Source: Candidatus Eiseniibacteriota bacterium
GTDB taxonomy: Bacteria; Eisenbacteria; RBG-16-71-46
Reading direction: 5' to 3'
DNA: 64,000 bases
Assembly (NCBI GenBank): GCA_963725865.1
Contig: CAVSAC010000014.1
Coordinates: forward strand, 896,001-960,000
The position numbers and the translations under genes are program-made. Under the pieces are notes generated by a model that was not told the origin of the DNA, did no database searches, and saw only the letters and a list, made by a program, of their open reading frames with translations. This document shows positions 19,355-29,483 of the stretch, one piece after another. Each line of letters starts with the position of its first letter. Position 1 is the stretch's first letter.

Positions 19355-20533
19355 ATGAGCACCCGCAGCCCCGCGTTCAGCGACGCCGACCGCCAGGAGA
19401 TGGTGGCCGTGCGGCGCGACCTGCACGCGCATCCCGAGACCGCGTTCGAGGAGGTGCGCACGTCGGCGCTGGTGGCCGAACGCCTGCGCGCGCTGGGGCT
19501 CGCGCCGCGCACCGGAGTCGGCCGCACCGGCGTGCTGGCCACGGTGAAGGGCGCGCGGGCCGGCCGCACGGTGCTGCTGCGCGCGGACATGGACGCGCTC
19601 CCGATCCAGGAGGAGAACGACGTCCCCTACCGCTCGACGACGGCCGGCAAGATGCACGCGTGCGGGCACGACTGCCACACCTCGATCCTGCTCGGGGTCG
19701 CGCGCCGCCTGGTGGCGGACCCCACCGCGCTCGCCGGCGACGTGCGACTGTGCTTCCAGCCCGCCGAGGAGCAGGGCGGCGGCGCGAACGCCATGATCGC
19801 CGACGGCGCGCTGCGCGACCCGCGCCCCGACGGCGCGTTCGGGCTGCACGTGTGGCAGGACCTCGACCTCGGGACGGTGGGCGTCACCGACGGGCCGTGG
19901 ATGGCGGCGGTGGACGAGTTCACGGTCACCGTGCACGGCAAGGGCGCGCACGCCGCGATGCCGCACGTCGGCACCGATCCGGTGGTGTGCCTGGCGCACC
20001 TGGTCACCGCGCTGCAGACCATCGCCAGTCGCGGCGTGAGCCCGTTCCAGGAGGTGGTGGTGAGCGTGACCCAGCTGCGCGCGGGCACGGCGTTCAACAT
20101 CATCCCCGGCAGCGCGTGGATGAACGGCACCGTGCGGGTGTTCGACCCCGATCTGTGGGCCGAGCTGCCGGCGCGCTTCGAGCGTATCTGCAAGGGCGTC
20201 GCCGAGGCGTTCGGCTGCCGCGTCGAGGTCAAGTACGACCGCTTCAATCGGCCCACCATCAACGATCCCGCGATGGCCGCCCTCGCCCGCGAGGTCGCCG
20301 CCGAGGTGGTGGGGCGCGAAAACGTGCGCGACGACATCCGCACCATGGGGGGCGAGGACTTCTCCGCGTTCCTCGCCGAGGTGCCCGGATGCTTCATCGC
20401 GATCGGGTCCCGCAATGCCTCGAAGGGCCTGCACTGGGACCACCACCATCCCCGCTTCGACGTGGACGAGAGCTGCCTCGGCATCGGCGCCGAGATCCTG
20501 CTCCGCACGGCGAAGCGCTTCCTGGAGCGCTGA
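19355..20533 (+). CDS. M20 family amidohydrolase
   Basis: LHAHPE, LRADMDALP, MHACGHD, FQPAEE, GEDFS and HHPRFD. Confidence 0.95.
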   Translation: MSTRSPAFSDADRQEMVAVRRDLHAHPETAFEEVRTSALVAERLRALGLAPRTGVGRTGVLATVKGARAGRTVLLRADMDALPIQEENDVPYRSTTAGKMHACGHDCHTSILLGVARRLVADPTALAGDVRLCFQPAEEQGGGANAMIADGALRDPRPDGAFGLHVWQDLDLGTVGVTDGPWMAAVDEFTVTVHGKGAHAAMPHVGTDPVVCLAHLVTALQTIASRGVSPFQEVVVSVTQLRAGTAFNIIPGSAWMNGTVRVFDPDLWAELPARFERICKGVAEAFGCRVEVKYDRFNRPTINDPAMAALAREVAAEVVGRENVRDDIRTMGGEDFSAFLAEVPGCFIAIGSRNASKGLHWDHHHPRFDVDESCLGIGAEILLRTAKRFLER

Positions 20534-20537
20534 TCGC

Positions 20538-21908
20538 ATGCACCTGGACCGATTCCGCACCCGTCTCACCCTGCTCGCGGCCGCCTGCGGCGTCCTGCTC
20601 GGAGCGGCGCCGGCGCCGGCGCGCGCCGAGCTGATGCAGCCCGACCCGTCGATCCGCGAGGCCCAGATGTCGCTGCGCCTCGCCGCGCGCGACACCGTCG
20701 GCTTCTCCGACCACGTGGGTCGTCTCGACACGCTCGCCGTCGCGGCGCTGCGGCTCGGCCGCTACGACGACGCGCGCAAGGTGTTCGACCACGTGCTGGC
20801 GCTGGCGCCGGACGACGACGCGGCGCATGCGGGGCTCGGCAAGCTGGCGCTGTTCCACGACGACCTCGTGGCCGCCGAGAGCCTGCTCGCCGCTCCGGCC
20901 CGCGCGGGCGACATCGACGCGATCAGCGACCTGCTCGCCGCCCGGGTGCGCGCGGGCCACTACGCCGCGGCCGCCGACCTGTGCGAGGACGCCGGCCAGC
21001 CGGGTCGCGCCGACCTGCTGCGGCAGATGGCCGAGCAGGGCGCCTACCAGCTCGTGAGCGGCCCGGAGCAGGGCGAGGCGCTGTTCGCGCGCAGCTGGCC
21101 GACGCCGCTGGTGAAGGTCATGCTCGGCAAGCAGGTGGTGCTGATGGCGGTCGACACCGGCACCGAGGACCTGATCGTCGACGAGGCCGCGGCGCGGGTG
21201 AACGGCGTGACGACGAGCGGCTCGCAGCGGATGGTGTTCTGGAACGGCACCCGCAACGCGGTCAAGAACGCCTGGGTGCCGAAGCTCACGATCGCGGGCT
21301 TCACGCTCGAGCATCTGCCGGCCGGCGTCGCCAATCTGCGCAAGTGGAGCCTCGAGGTGAACCCGCAGGGCGAGCGCGTGGCCGGGGTGATCGGACTCGG
21401 CGTGCTGCGGCGCTTCACGCCCACGCTCGACTACGACCGGCTGCGCCTGGTGCTGCGCCGTCCGGGCACCGCGTTCACGCCCGCCGCGGGTGCCCAGCGC
21501 ATCCCGTTCGAGCTGTGGGGCGAGGACGAGCTGATGGTGTGGGGCTCGATCTCGGGCGGCCGCCGGCTGGCGATGGTGGTGCAGACCGGCGTTCCCGGCT
21601 GCGGCATCGGCGCGCCGCAGTCGGTGTTCGACGAGTTCGGCATCCGCGCCGGCATGGTCGCGCGCGCGATGAAGGGCGCCGGCACCTGGATGGGCGGCCG
21701 GCCCTGGATCCCGGTCACGGTGCCGGCCGTGAACGCCGGGCGCATCGCCACCGACAAGGTGCCCGGCTGGATCGGGGCGCTCGACGAGTCGGAGCTGTGG
21801 CGGCACGGCGTGCGCCGAGATGCGCTGCTGTCGCACGCGTTCTTCCGCGGCCGGCGCGTCACGATCGACTGGCCGGCCCACGAGCTCGTGGTCGAGGAGA
21901 AGCCGTAG
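20538..21908 (+). CDS. Exported TPR + tandem retropepsin-like aspartyl protease domain protein
   Basis: Signal peptide; TPR-like helices; VDTG...GVIGL in lobe 1 and VQTG...ALLS in lobe 2. Confidence 0.75.
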   Translation: MHLDRFRTRLTLLAAACGVLLGAAPAPARAELMQPDPSIREAQMSLRLAARDTVGFSDHVGRLDTLAVAALRLGRYDDARKVFDHVLALAPDDDAAHAGLGKLALFHDDLVAAESLLAAPARAGDIDAISDLLAARVRAGHYAAAADLCEDAGQPGRADLLRQMAEQGAYQLVSGPEQGEALFARSWPTPLVKVMLGKQVVLMAVDTGTEDLIVDEAAARVNGVTTSGSQRMVFWNGTRNAVKNAWVPKLTIAGFTLEHLPAGVANLRKWSLEVNPQGERVAGVIGLGVLRRFTPTLDYDRLRLVLRRPGTAFTPAAGAQRIPFELWGEDELMVWGSISGGRRLAMVVQTGVPGCGIGAPQSVFDEFGIRAGMVARAMKGAGTWMGGRPWIPVTVPAVNAGRIATDKVPGWIGALDESELWRHGVRRDALLSHAFFRGRRVTIDWPAHELVVEEKP

Positions 21909-21961
21909 GCGCGCGCGCAGCACCGCATGACGCCCCACGACCAAGGGGCTAGACTCGCCGC

Positions 21962-22660
21962 GTGATGGCTCCCCCGTCGCGCATTCCCCTCTCGCCGGTG
22001 GCCGCGCTCGGCGCGGCGCTGCTGATCGCCGGCATCGAGGCGGCACTGCTCGCGCTCGGCCTCGGCGGCGTGCGGGCGCTGCTGGCGAGCCCGCCCGCGC
22101 TGGGGTTGATCGCCACCTGGGCCACGAGCGGCGCGGTGCTGGCCGCGCTGCGCCCGCTGCGCGGCCAGGACGTCACCGAGCGCCCGCCGGGGCAGGCGTT
22201 CCTGCTGGCGGCGCTGCTGGTGATCCCGCTGTTCACGCCCGCGCTGTGCGCGTGGGCGGCCCGGCTCGGCGTCTGGCCGCTGCCCGGCGGCGCGGCGCGC
22301 GCCTGGAGCGGCGTCGCGCTGGCGGCCGCCGGGCTCGCGCTCCGCATCGCCGCGATGGCCCGGCTGGGGCCGCGCTTCGCGCCGACGGTGGCGCTGCAGC
22401 GCGACCACGCGCTCGAGATGCGCGGCCTCTACGCGCTCATCCGCCATCCCGGCTACCTCGGCTCGTGGCTCGCGAACCTCGGTGCGGTGCTGGCGCTCGG
22501 CAGCGCCGTGGGGCTGGCGAGTGTTCTGCTGTTCGGCCTCGCGCTCGAGGCCCGCATGCGGCGCGAGGAGACGCTGCTCGCGCGCCGCTTCGGCGCCGAC
22601 TGGACTGCCTACGCCGCGCGAGTCGGCCGCTGGCTGCCGCGGCCGTGGAGCGGACGCTAG
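21962..22660 (+). CDS. Isoprenylcysteine carboxyl methyltransferase (Ste14/ICMT) family membrane protein
   Basis: GLYALIRHPGYLG and EE.LL..FG..W.AY motifs. Confidence 0.88.
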   Translation: MMAPPSRIPLSPVAALGAALLIAGIEAALLALGLGGVRALLASPPALGLIATWATSGAVLAALRPLRGQDVTERPPGQAFLLAALLVIPLFTPALCAWAARLGVWPLPGGAARAWSGVALAAAGLALRIAAMARLGPRFAPTVALQRDHALEMRGLYALIRHPGYLGSWLANLGAVLALGSAVGLASVLLFGLALEARMRREETLLARRFGADWTAYAARVGRWLPRPWSGR

Positions 22661-22726
22661 CCGCCTGCGAATGCCCGGGTGCGGTCCGCAGTTGGCGCGC
22701 CCGCGGTCGTCCGCTATCCTGCCGCC

Positions 22727-23398
22727 GTGCGTCTCTACTACCACGTCATGTCGGCCCCCGCACCGCTGGGCCTGCTGTTCCTGGCGCTCGGGGAGCGCGG
22801 GCTGCGCCACCTGGTGTTCATGGAGCGCAAGAGCCTCAAGCGCGTGATCGCCGCACTCTCGCCGGCCAACCCGGGCGCCGAGTGGCAACCCTCGCTGCTG
22901 GAGCTCAAGCCGGTCGTCGATCAGCTCGACGGCTATTTCTGCGGCACGCTCTCGCGTTTCGACCTGCGACTCGATCCGCAGGGCTCGGAGTTCCAGCTCG
23001 CGGTGTGGAAGGAGCTGCGCCGCATCCCCCACGCCGAGACGCGCTCGTACGGCGACATCGCGAAGGCGATCGGCCAGCCCAAGGCGGCGCGCGCGGTGGG
23101 GTTGGCGAACAACCAGAACCCGCTCCCGATCATCGTGCCCTGCCACCGCGTGATCGGCGCCGACGGCAGCCTGACCGGCTACGGCGGCGGGTTGCCCAGG
23201 AAGCGCTGGCTGCTCGCGCACGAGCATCGCTTCGCGGAGCTGACCGCGCGCAGCGAGCCGATCCTGGTGGCCTCCTCGCGCCCCGCACCGCTGCCCGGCC
23301 CGCTCGCGGCCGCGAAGAAGAAGCCCCCGCGCCGCCGCACCGTGCGCACGATCGAGAGCGTCGTGCGGCCCGCGAAGAGCGCCAAGCCCGCGCGCTGA
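22727..23398 (+). CDS. ogt: Methylated-DNA-protein-cysteine methyltransferase
   Basis: RAVGLAN, IIVPCHRVIG and GYGGG; TATCCT 6 nt before the GTG at 22727; basic C-terminal tail. Confidence 0.93.
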   Translation: MRLYYHVMSAPAPLGLLFLALGERGLRHLVFMERKSLKRVIAALSPANPGAEWQPSLLELKPVVDQLDGYFCGTLSRFDLRLDPQGSEFQLAVWKELRRIPHAETRSYGDIAKAIGQPKAARAVGLANNQNPLPIIVPCHRVIGADGSLTGYGGGLPRKRWLLAHEHRFAELTARSEPILVASSRPAPLPGPLAAAKKKPPRRRTVRTIESVVRPAKSAKPAR

Positions 23399-23438
23399 AC
23401 ACCGCTGGCCGCGTGGCTCGCGCGCTACCGCTCCGCAC

Positions 23439-24449
23439 TCACCCCGCGAAGTGGTCGAACCCGGCACCCGGCAGCGGGCGGCGTCGGCCGTCCGGCTCGA
23501 GCAGCGTCAGCACTCCCGGCGCATCCGTGAGCCGGCCGAGGATGTGGAACGGCACCGCGGCCTCGGCGGCCACCGCCTCGGCGTCGGCGCGCTTGGCGGG
23601 ATCGAGCGCCAGCAGCAGCTCGTAGTCGTCGCTGGGCCCGTAGCGCAGCGCCTCGAGCGGGAGCCCGAGCGCCTCGGCCGCACGCTCGAGCGCGTCGTCG
23701 CGCGGCCACTCCTCGGCCAGCACGGTCGCGCCGGTGCCGCTCGCCTCGCATAGGTGCGCGAGGTCGCCGGCGAAGCCATCTGAGAGATCCACGCACGCGG
23801 TCACCGCCTCGCGCGCCGCCAGCGCGAGCGCGAAGCCGACCCGCGCCTGCGGCGCGCACCACGCCTCGATCAGCGGCGCGAAGCCGCCGTTGCGGGCGCC
23901 CTCGCCCTGCGCGAGTGCGAGCCGCAGCCCGGCGCCGGCGCGGCCGGGATGGCCGGTCACCGCGAGCAGGTCGCCGGGGCGCCCGCCGTGGCGCGTCCAC
24001 ACCTTCCCGCGCGGGGCGGTGCCGAGCAGCGTGAGGCTCATCCACTCCGCGCCCTCGACCGCGGTCAGGTTGCCGCCGACCACCGCGGCCTGGTGCGCGG
24101 CGAGGGATTCGACCAGGCCGTCCTGCAGCTCGACCAGCGCGTCCACGTCGTGCTCGCGGCGCACGCCGAGCGACAGCAGCGCCCAGCGCGGTGTAGCCGC
24201 CATCGCGGCGAGGTCGCTCAGGTTGGCGTGCGCGAGCCGCGCGCCGATCACGCGCGGGCTCATCCACGCCGCCAGCACGTGGCGGCCCTCGACGAACGCG
24301 TCGGTGGTGGCGACGATGTCGTCGCGCGAGGTGACGCGCAGCACCGCGGCGTCGTCGCCGGCGCCCACGATCACGCCGGCGACCGGGATCCGCCGCGCGG
24401 TGAGCCGGCGGATGACCTCGAACTCCCCGACGTCAGCGAGCCGTGGCAT
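23439..24449 (-). CDS. thiL: Thiamine-monophosphate kinase
   Basis: [34 protein letters not shown] and GFDHF; SD GAGGAG before the ATG at 24449. Confidence 0.95.
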   Translation of the reverse strand: MPRLADVGEFEVIRRLTARRIPVAGVIVGAGDDAAVLRVTSRDDIVATTDAFVEGRHVLAAWMSPRVIGARLAHANLSDLAAMAATPRWALLSLGVRREHDVDALVELQDGLVESLAAHQAAVVGGNLTAVEGAEWMSLTLLGTAPRGKVWTRHGGRPGDLLAVTGHPGRAGAGLRLALAQGEGARNGGFAPLIEAWCAPQARVGFALALAAREAVTACVDLSDGFAGDLAHLCEASGTGATVLAEEWPRDDALERAAEALGLPLEALRYGPSDDYELLLALDPAKRADAEAVAAEAAVPFHILGRLTDAPGVLTLLEPDGRRRPLPGAGFDHFAG

Positions 24450-25658
24450 CGGCGATGTCTCCTCGTCCGGAGTGGCGCCGGCAGCAGCACGACGAACACC
24501 AGCGCCGCGATCAGCGCCAGCGCGGCGCCGACCCCGAACGTGGCGCGCGCCCCGTGATGGTCCCACAGCCACCCCGCGAGCACGCTCGCCGGCAGCAGCG
24601 CGAGCCCGACCACGGTGTGGTAGATGCCGTACACGGTGCCGCGGCGGTCGGCGTCGACCAGGTCGGCGAGCAGGCTGCGCTGCGACACCTCGATCAGCGC
24701 GCTGTGCACGCCGTACACCACCAGCGCCGCCAGCACCAGCGCGGGGGCCGCGCTCCAGGCGAACAGGCCGTACACGACGGCGTACAGCAGGTACGCCGCG
24801 AGCAGCAGCGGACGGCGTCCGATGCGGTCGGACAGCGCGCCGGCCGGCAGGCTGAGCCCGGCGTACACCAGGTTGTAGAGCAGGTACGCCAGCGGCACCG
24901 CGGCGACCGCCATGCCGCCCTCGCGCGCCCGCAGCATCACGAACGCGATGCTGCTGTTGCCGAGCTGGAACAGCCCGTCGGCGATCAGGAAGCGCTTCAC
25001 GGTCGCCGGCAGCGCGCGGAACTCCAGATGCAGCGCGCGGGTCTCGGACCTCGGCACGCGGCGCGGCGCGCGCACGAACATCGCGAGCACCACGAGCGAG
25101 AGCGCGGCCGGGATCGCGGAGCACCAGGAAGATGCGCCGGAACCCGTCCGGCCACCGCGCCAGCAGCGCGAACGCCACCAGCGGCCCGATCGCGGCGCCC
25201 AGCGTGTCGAGCCCGCGGTGCAGCCCGAACGCGCGCCCGCGCCACGCCGGGGCGACCGAATCGGCCAGCAGGGCGTCGCGCGGCGGGCTGCGCAGTCCCT
25301 TGCCGACGCGGTCGGCGAAGCGCAGGCCCAGCACGCTGGCCCACGAGCCGGCGAGCGCGAACAGCGTCTTCGCCACGCCCGAGAGCCCATAGCCGAACAC
25401 GAGGAACGGCTTGCGGCGGCCGATGCGGTCCGACAGCCAGCCGGAGGTGAGCCGCAGCAGCGACGCGGTGCTCTCGGCGACGCCCTCGATGATGCCGAGG
25501 CTCGCGACCGAGGCGTGCAGCACGCCGGTCACGAACAGCGGCAGCACCGGCACGATCATCTCGGACGACACGTCGGTCAGCAGCGACGTGACGCCGAGCG
25601 CCCACACGTTGCGGGTGAGGCCGGGCTGCGGCGCGGGCTCGGGGTCGATGGTCGCCAT
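24371..25658 (-). pseudogene. MFS transporter split by a 1-nt frameshift near 25121-25126 (real or sequencing error)
   Basis: N-half [10 protein letters not shown]...SDRIGRRK...DRVGKGLR is in one frame; C-half SAIPAALS...LSDRIGRR...AGWLWD is in another. Confidence 0.8.
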
Positions 25659-25708
25659 GGGCGCGCGAGCCTAGCACGGATGCGCGCGCCGTCCGCCCAT
25701 CGCGGCCA

Positions 25709-25737
25709 TTGACAGCCCCGCTGACGGGGCGGATGCT
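25709..25737 (+). promoter_or_regulatory. Sigma70 promoter with palindromic spacer
   Basis: TTGACA-gccccgctgacggggcg (17 nt)-GATGCT. Confidence 0.55.
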
Positions 25738-25837
25738 CCTCGGGTCGGCGGTGGCACCATCCGGGCGCCCCGAGCCTCAGCGGTGGCCCCCACCGACGCC
25801 GTCGCCCCTCCGGGGCCGCACCCGCGAGGAGGGCGCC

Positions 25838-28210
25838 ATGCGCTCGCCCCTCACCTCCCGCCGCGTCTCACCGTTCGACCTCCTCGTCCTCGCCGGCGCG
25901 ATCGCCATCGCCGGCACCCTCGCACCCGTCCGCGCCCACGCCGAAGGCGTGTGGCAGCAACTCCTCGTCCCGGGCCCCCGCACCGCCCTCTCGGCGATCC
26001 GCGAGTCCTCCACCGGGCGCATCATCGTGTTCTCGCTCGGCCAGGCCTGGGCGCTGGCGCCCGGCCCGAGCAGCGTCTGGGTCCAGCTCCAGCCCACGGG
26101 CGGCGGTCCCGGGACCCGCGGTGGATGCAGCGTCATCTACGACTCGCCGCGCAATCGCCTGGTCGTGTTCGGCGGACAGACCAAGCTCGCGCGCTCCAAC
26201 GAGGCCTGGGCGCTCTCGCTCGCCGATCCACCGGCGTGGACGCTGCTCGCCCCCACCGGCACGCCACCCTCGGGGCGCACCGGGCACTCCGCGATCCTCG
26301 ACGCGCCGCGCCAGCGCATGATCGTGTTCGGTGGCAACGACGGCTCGGTCAAGAACGACGTGTGGTCGCTCACGCTCTCGGGCACGCCGGCGTGGACCCA
26401 GCTGTCGCCGGCGGGAGTCGGTCCGCCGGTGGCGCGCGAGCTGCACAGCGCGGTCTACATGAGCGCCAGTCAGCTCATGCTGGTCTTCGGCGGCCGCAAC
26501 TCGGCCGGCACCCCGCGCAACGACACCTGGGCGCTCTCGCTCTCGGGCACGGTGGCCTGGGGCACGCCCGGCGGACTGATCGGTCCCGCGACGCGCTACG
26601 GCCACAGCGCGGTGATGGACCCCGATGGCACCCGCATGCTCGTCTACGGCGGCACCGGCTCCGCGGGCACGCCGCTCGGCGACGTGCAGTCGCTGCACTG
26701 GAGCCCGTCCTACGCGTGGTCCGAGCTCACCCCCTCGCAGCCGCCGCCCGAGGCGCGGTCGCGTCACGCGGCGGTGGCCGATCCCGGCACCGGGATGATG
26801 GTGCTCATCGGCGGCACCGGGGCCTCGGGTACTGCGCTCGGGGACGTGTGGGCGATGCGGTTCGTGACCCCGTACTGGGCGCGCTGGTGGGTGGAGGAGA
26901 ACTCCGTGCTCCCGCGCCGCTCGGGTCACTCGGCGGTGCTCGACGCCGCGCGCCAGCGCATCCTGGTGTTCGGCGGCTTCCACTACCTCTTCCCGTCGGA
27001 TTCGGCGTACAACGACGTCTGGGCGTTCTCGCTCGGCGCCACGCCGGGGTGGACCAAGCTGACCCCCGCGGGCACGCCGCCCGCTCCGCGCGCGTTCCAC
27101 ACCGCGATCATGGACCCGCTACGCGATCGCATGATCGTCCATGGCGGGAACTGCTACTCCACGATCGGGTGGTACCTGACCGACGACGTCTGGCAACTCT
27201 CGCTCTCCGGCACGCCCACCTGGAGCGCGATCACGACCGGGGGCTCGAACAACCCGTGGCCGGCGATGCGGGAGCGCGCGGTCTACGATCCGGTCGGCGA
27301 CTGCATGTGGGTGTATGGCGGTGACGACATCTGGACCACTCGCGAGTTCGTCTGGAATCTGCCGCTCGGTGGGGCTGCCAACTGGTCCCTGTTGGAGACC
27401 CCGAGCAGCTCGCCGCGGTTCCGGCGCGGGCATTCGGCGGTGTACGACCCCGAGAACCGTCGCATGCTGGTGTTCGGCGGGCTCGCCGATGGCTTCGACC
27501 ACTACGGCAACCCGGTGAAGGTGTCGCTCGACGATGCCTGGCGGTTCCGCGCCGACGTCGTGGACACATCGTGGATCGAGGTCGGGCCCGCGAGCGCTTC
27601 GCCGACTCCGCGCTCGCGGCACGCGGCCGCCGTCGACGTGCCGCGGAACCGGATGCTGGTGTACGGCGGCATGGACTCGGTCGGCGGGACGATGGCGGAC
27701 GTGGTCGCCATGCCGCTGCCCGCGCTCGCGCCGCCGAGCTGGCAGACGCTGGTCCCGTCCGGCGGCCCGCCGCTGGCCCGCTACGACCACACGCTGGTCT
27801 ACGACCCGATGAACGACCGGATGCTCGTGATCGGGGGCATTGGCGCCTCGCTGTACAACGACGAGCTGTGCGACGTCTGGCAGCTGTCGTTGGCCGGGAT
27901 CGCGGGAGTCGAGCCCGCGCCCGCGGTGCCGCGACGCTTCGCATTCGCCGCGGCGCGGCCCAATCCGGCGCGCGGCGAGGTCGCGTTCGAGCTCGTGCTT
28001 CCGACGGATGGCCCGGTGACGCTGCGCATGTTCGACGTCGCCGGCCGCGCGGTGCGCACCCTGGCGGCGCGTCCATTCACGGCCGGTCGCGTCAGCCTGA
28101 GCTGGGATGGCCGCGACGACGGTGGAGCGGCGGTGGCGCCCGGCGTCTACCTGTGCGAGGCGCGCGCCGGCACCGAGCGCGCTACCCGGCGCGTGGTGAT
28201 GCTGCGTTAG
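25838..28210 (+). CDS. Secreted kelch-repeat beta-propeller protein with C-terminal FlgD-Ig-like tail
   Basis: SD GAGGAG; signal peptide; about 13 R..HSA..D....MLVFGG...NDVW repeats; tail PNPARG...FDVAGRAVRTL...WDGRDDGG..VAPGVY. Confidence 0.88.
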   Translation: MRSPLTSRRVSPFDLLVLAGAIAIAGTLAPVRAHAEGVWQQLLVPGPRTALSAIRESSTGRIIVFSLGQAWALAPGPSSVWVQLQPTGGGPGTRGGCSVIYDSPRNRLVVFGGQTKLARSNEAWALSLADPPAWTLLAPTGTPPSGRTGHSAILDAPRQRMIVFGGNDGSVKNDVWSLTLSGTPAWTQLSPAGVGPPVARELHSAVYMSASQLMLVFGGRNSAGTPRNDTWALSLSGTVAWGTPGGLIGPATRYGHSAVMDPDGTRMLVYGGTGSAGTPLGDVQSLHWSPSYAWSELTPSQPPPEARSRHAAVADPGTGMMVLIGGTGASGTALGDVWAMRFVTPYWARWWVEENSVLPRRSGHSAVLDAARQRILVFGGFHYLFPSDSAYNDVWAFSLGATPGWTKLTPAGTPPAPRAFHTAIMDPLRDRMIVHGGNCYSTIGWYLTDDVWQLSLSGTPTWSAITTGGSNNPWPAMRERAVYDPVGDCMWVYGGDDIWTTREFVWNLPLGGAANWSLLETPSSSPRFRRGHSAVYDPENRRMLVFGGLADGFDHYGNPVKVSLDDAWRFRADVVDTSWIEVGPASASPTPRSRHAAAVDVPRNRMLVYGGMDSVGGTMADVVAMPLPALAPPSWQTLVPSGGPPLARYDHTLVYDPMNDRMLVIGGIGASLYNDELCDVWQLSLAGIAGVEPAPAVPRRFAFAAARPNPARGEVAFELVLPTDGPVTLRMFDVAGRAVRTLAARPFTAGRVSLSWDGRDDGGAAVAPGVYLCEARAGTERATRRVVMLR

Positions 28211-28297
28211 GGCGGGCTCCGGGCGGCTCGGCGGGGATGTCGAGCGGGGCGCAGCGCGTCTGTTGAGCCGGCCGCGCCCCGCCCCTATGCTGCGCCC

Positions 28298-28639
28298 ATG
28301 TCGCTTCCGGAGCCGCTGGCGCGGCTCGCGCGCGAGTGCGAGATCACGCCCTACAAGTCCTCCGGGCCCGGGGGACAGAAGAAGAACAAGACCGAATCGA
28401 GCGTGCGCGTGCGCCACCTGCCGACCGGGATCGTGCGCATCGCGACCGAAAGCCGGTCCCAGATCGCCAACCGCGAGACCGCGCTCGAGCGAGTGTGGCT
28501 CGAGCTGCGCCGGCGCGCCCGGCGCCCGAAGCCGCGGGTGAAGACCAGGCCCACGCGCGGCGCGGTCGAGAAGCGGCTGACCGAGAAGAAGCGCCTCGCG
28601 GAACGCAAGCGCGCCCGCGCCACCCGCGACCAGGACTGA
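28298..28639 (+). CDS. Peptidyl-tRNA hydrolase, ArfB-like release-factor homolog
   Basis: SSGPGGQ, VRHLPTGI, ESRSQ..NR and a basic tail KPRVKTRPT. Confidence 0.88.
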   Translation: MSLPEPLARLARECEITPYKSSGPGGQKKNKTESSVRVRHLPTGIVRIATESRSQIANRETALERVWLELRRRARRPKPRVKTRPTRGAVEKRLTEKKRLAERKRARATRDQD

Positions 28640-28666
28640 AGCCGGCCCGGGGCCGGGATACGACGA

Positions 28667-28691
28667 GGGCCCGGCCACCAGGGCCGGGCCC
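28667..28691. terminator. Hairpin between the convergent arfB-like and phoU genes
   Basis: gggcccggcc-accag-ggccgggccc inverted repeat. Confidence 0.45.
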
Positions 28692-28761
28692 CCTTCGCGC
28701 TCCCCTCTCGCCGAGGGGTCGGCCATACCGGCATCGCGCCGGGGAGCGGCGCGCCGCGGGC

Positions 28762-29460
28762 TCAGGAACGCCCGAAATCCTCGTCCTGCGCACCCCGCTC
28801 CGCATCCTCGGCGTGGTGCTTGATGACTCGCGCCTCGGCGATGAACACCACCTCCTCGGCCACGTTGGTGGCGAGGTCGGCGACCCGCTCGAGGTTCCGT
28901 GAGACCAGGATGAGTTCCATACCCCGCGAGATGGTCGCCGGGTCCTCGATCATGTAAGTCAATACCTCGCGGAAGATCTGGCGGTTGAGGGCGTCCACCT
29001 CGTCGTCCCGGCGGACCAGCCGCCGGGCGGTCTCGGCGTCGCGCCGCACGAAGGCATCGAGCGCCTCGTGGAGCATGCCGCCCGACAGCTCCGCCATCCG
29101 CGGGATGTCCACCAGCGGCTTGAGCATGGGCTGCTCCGCGAGCCGCAGCGCGCCGCCGGCGATGTTCACCGCGTGGTCGCCCACCCGCTCGAGGTCGTTC
29201 GAGATCTTGAGCGCCGAGGTGATGAATCGCAGGTCGGTCGCCAGCGGCTGCTGGAGCGCCAGCAGCGACACGCAGCGCTCCTCGATGTCGAGCTCGTGCC
29301 GGTCGATGACCTTGTCCGCCGCGATCACCGCGCGGGCCAGCTCGGGGTCCTGGCGCCGGAGCGCCTCGATCGACTGCTGGACGATGCTCTCGGCGCGCCC
29401 GCCCATGAGGAGCAACTGCTCCTTGAGCGCGTCGAGCTCCTGCACGAAGTGGCGTTCCAC
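28762..29460 (-). CDS. phoU: Phosphate signalling protein PhoU
   Basis: QQPLATDLR, DLERVGDHAVNIA and LERVADLATNVAE; SD GGAGG before the GTG. Confidence 0.96.
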   Translation of the reverse strand: MERHFVQELDALKEQLLLMGGRAESIVQQSIEALRRQDPELARAVIAADKVIDRHELDIEERCVSLLALQQPLATDLRFITSALKISNDLERVGDHAVNIAGGALRLAEQPMLKPLVDIPRMAELSGGMLHEALDAFVRRDAETARRLVRRDDEVDALNRQIFREVLTYMIEDPATISRGMELILVSRNLERVADLATNVAEEVVFIAEARVIKHHAEDAERGAQDEDFGRS

Positions 29461-29483
29461 GGTCCTCCGGTGCCGCGTTCGGA

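Noticed and set aside
23439..25658. 739-aa MFS-ThiL fusion protein
   Set aside because: The middle third is out-of-frame MFS sequence; thiL has its own SD and ATG at 24449
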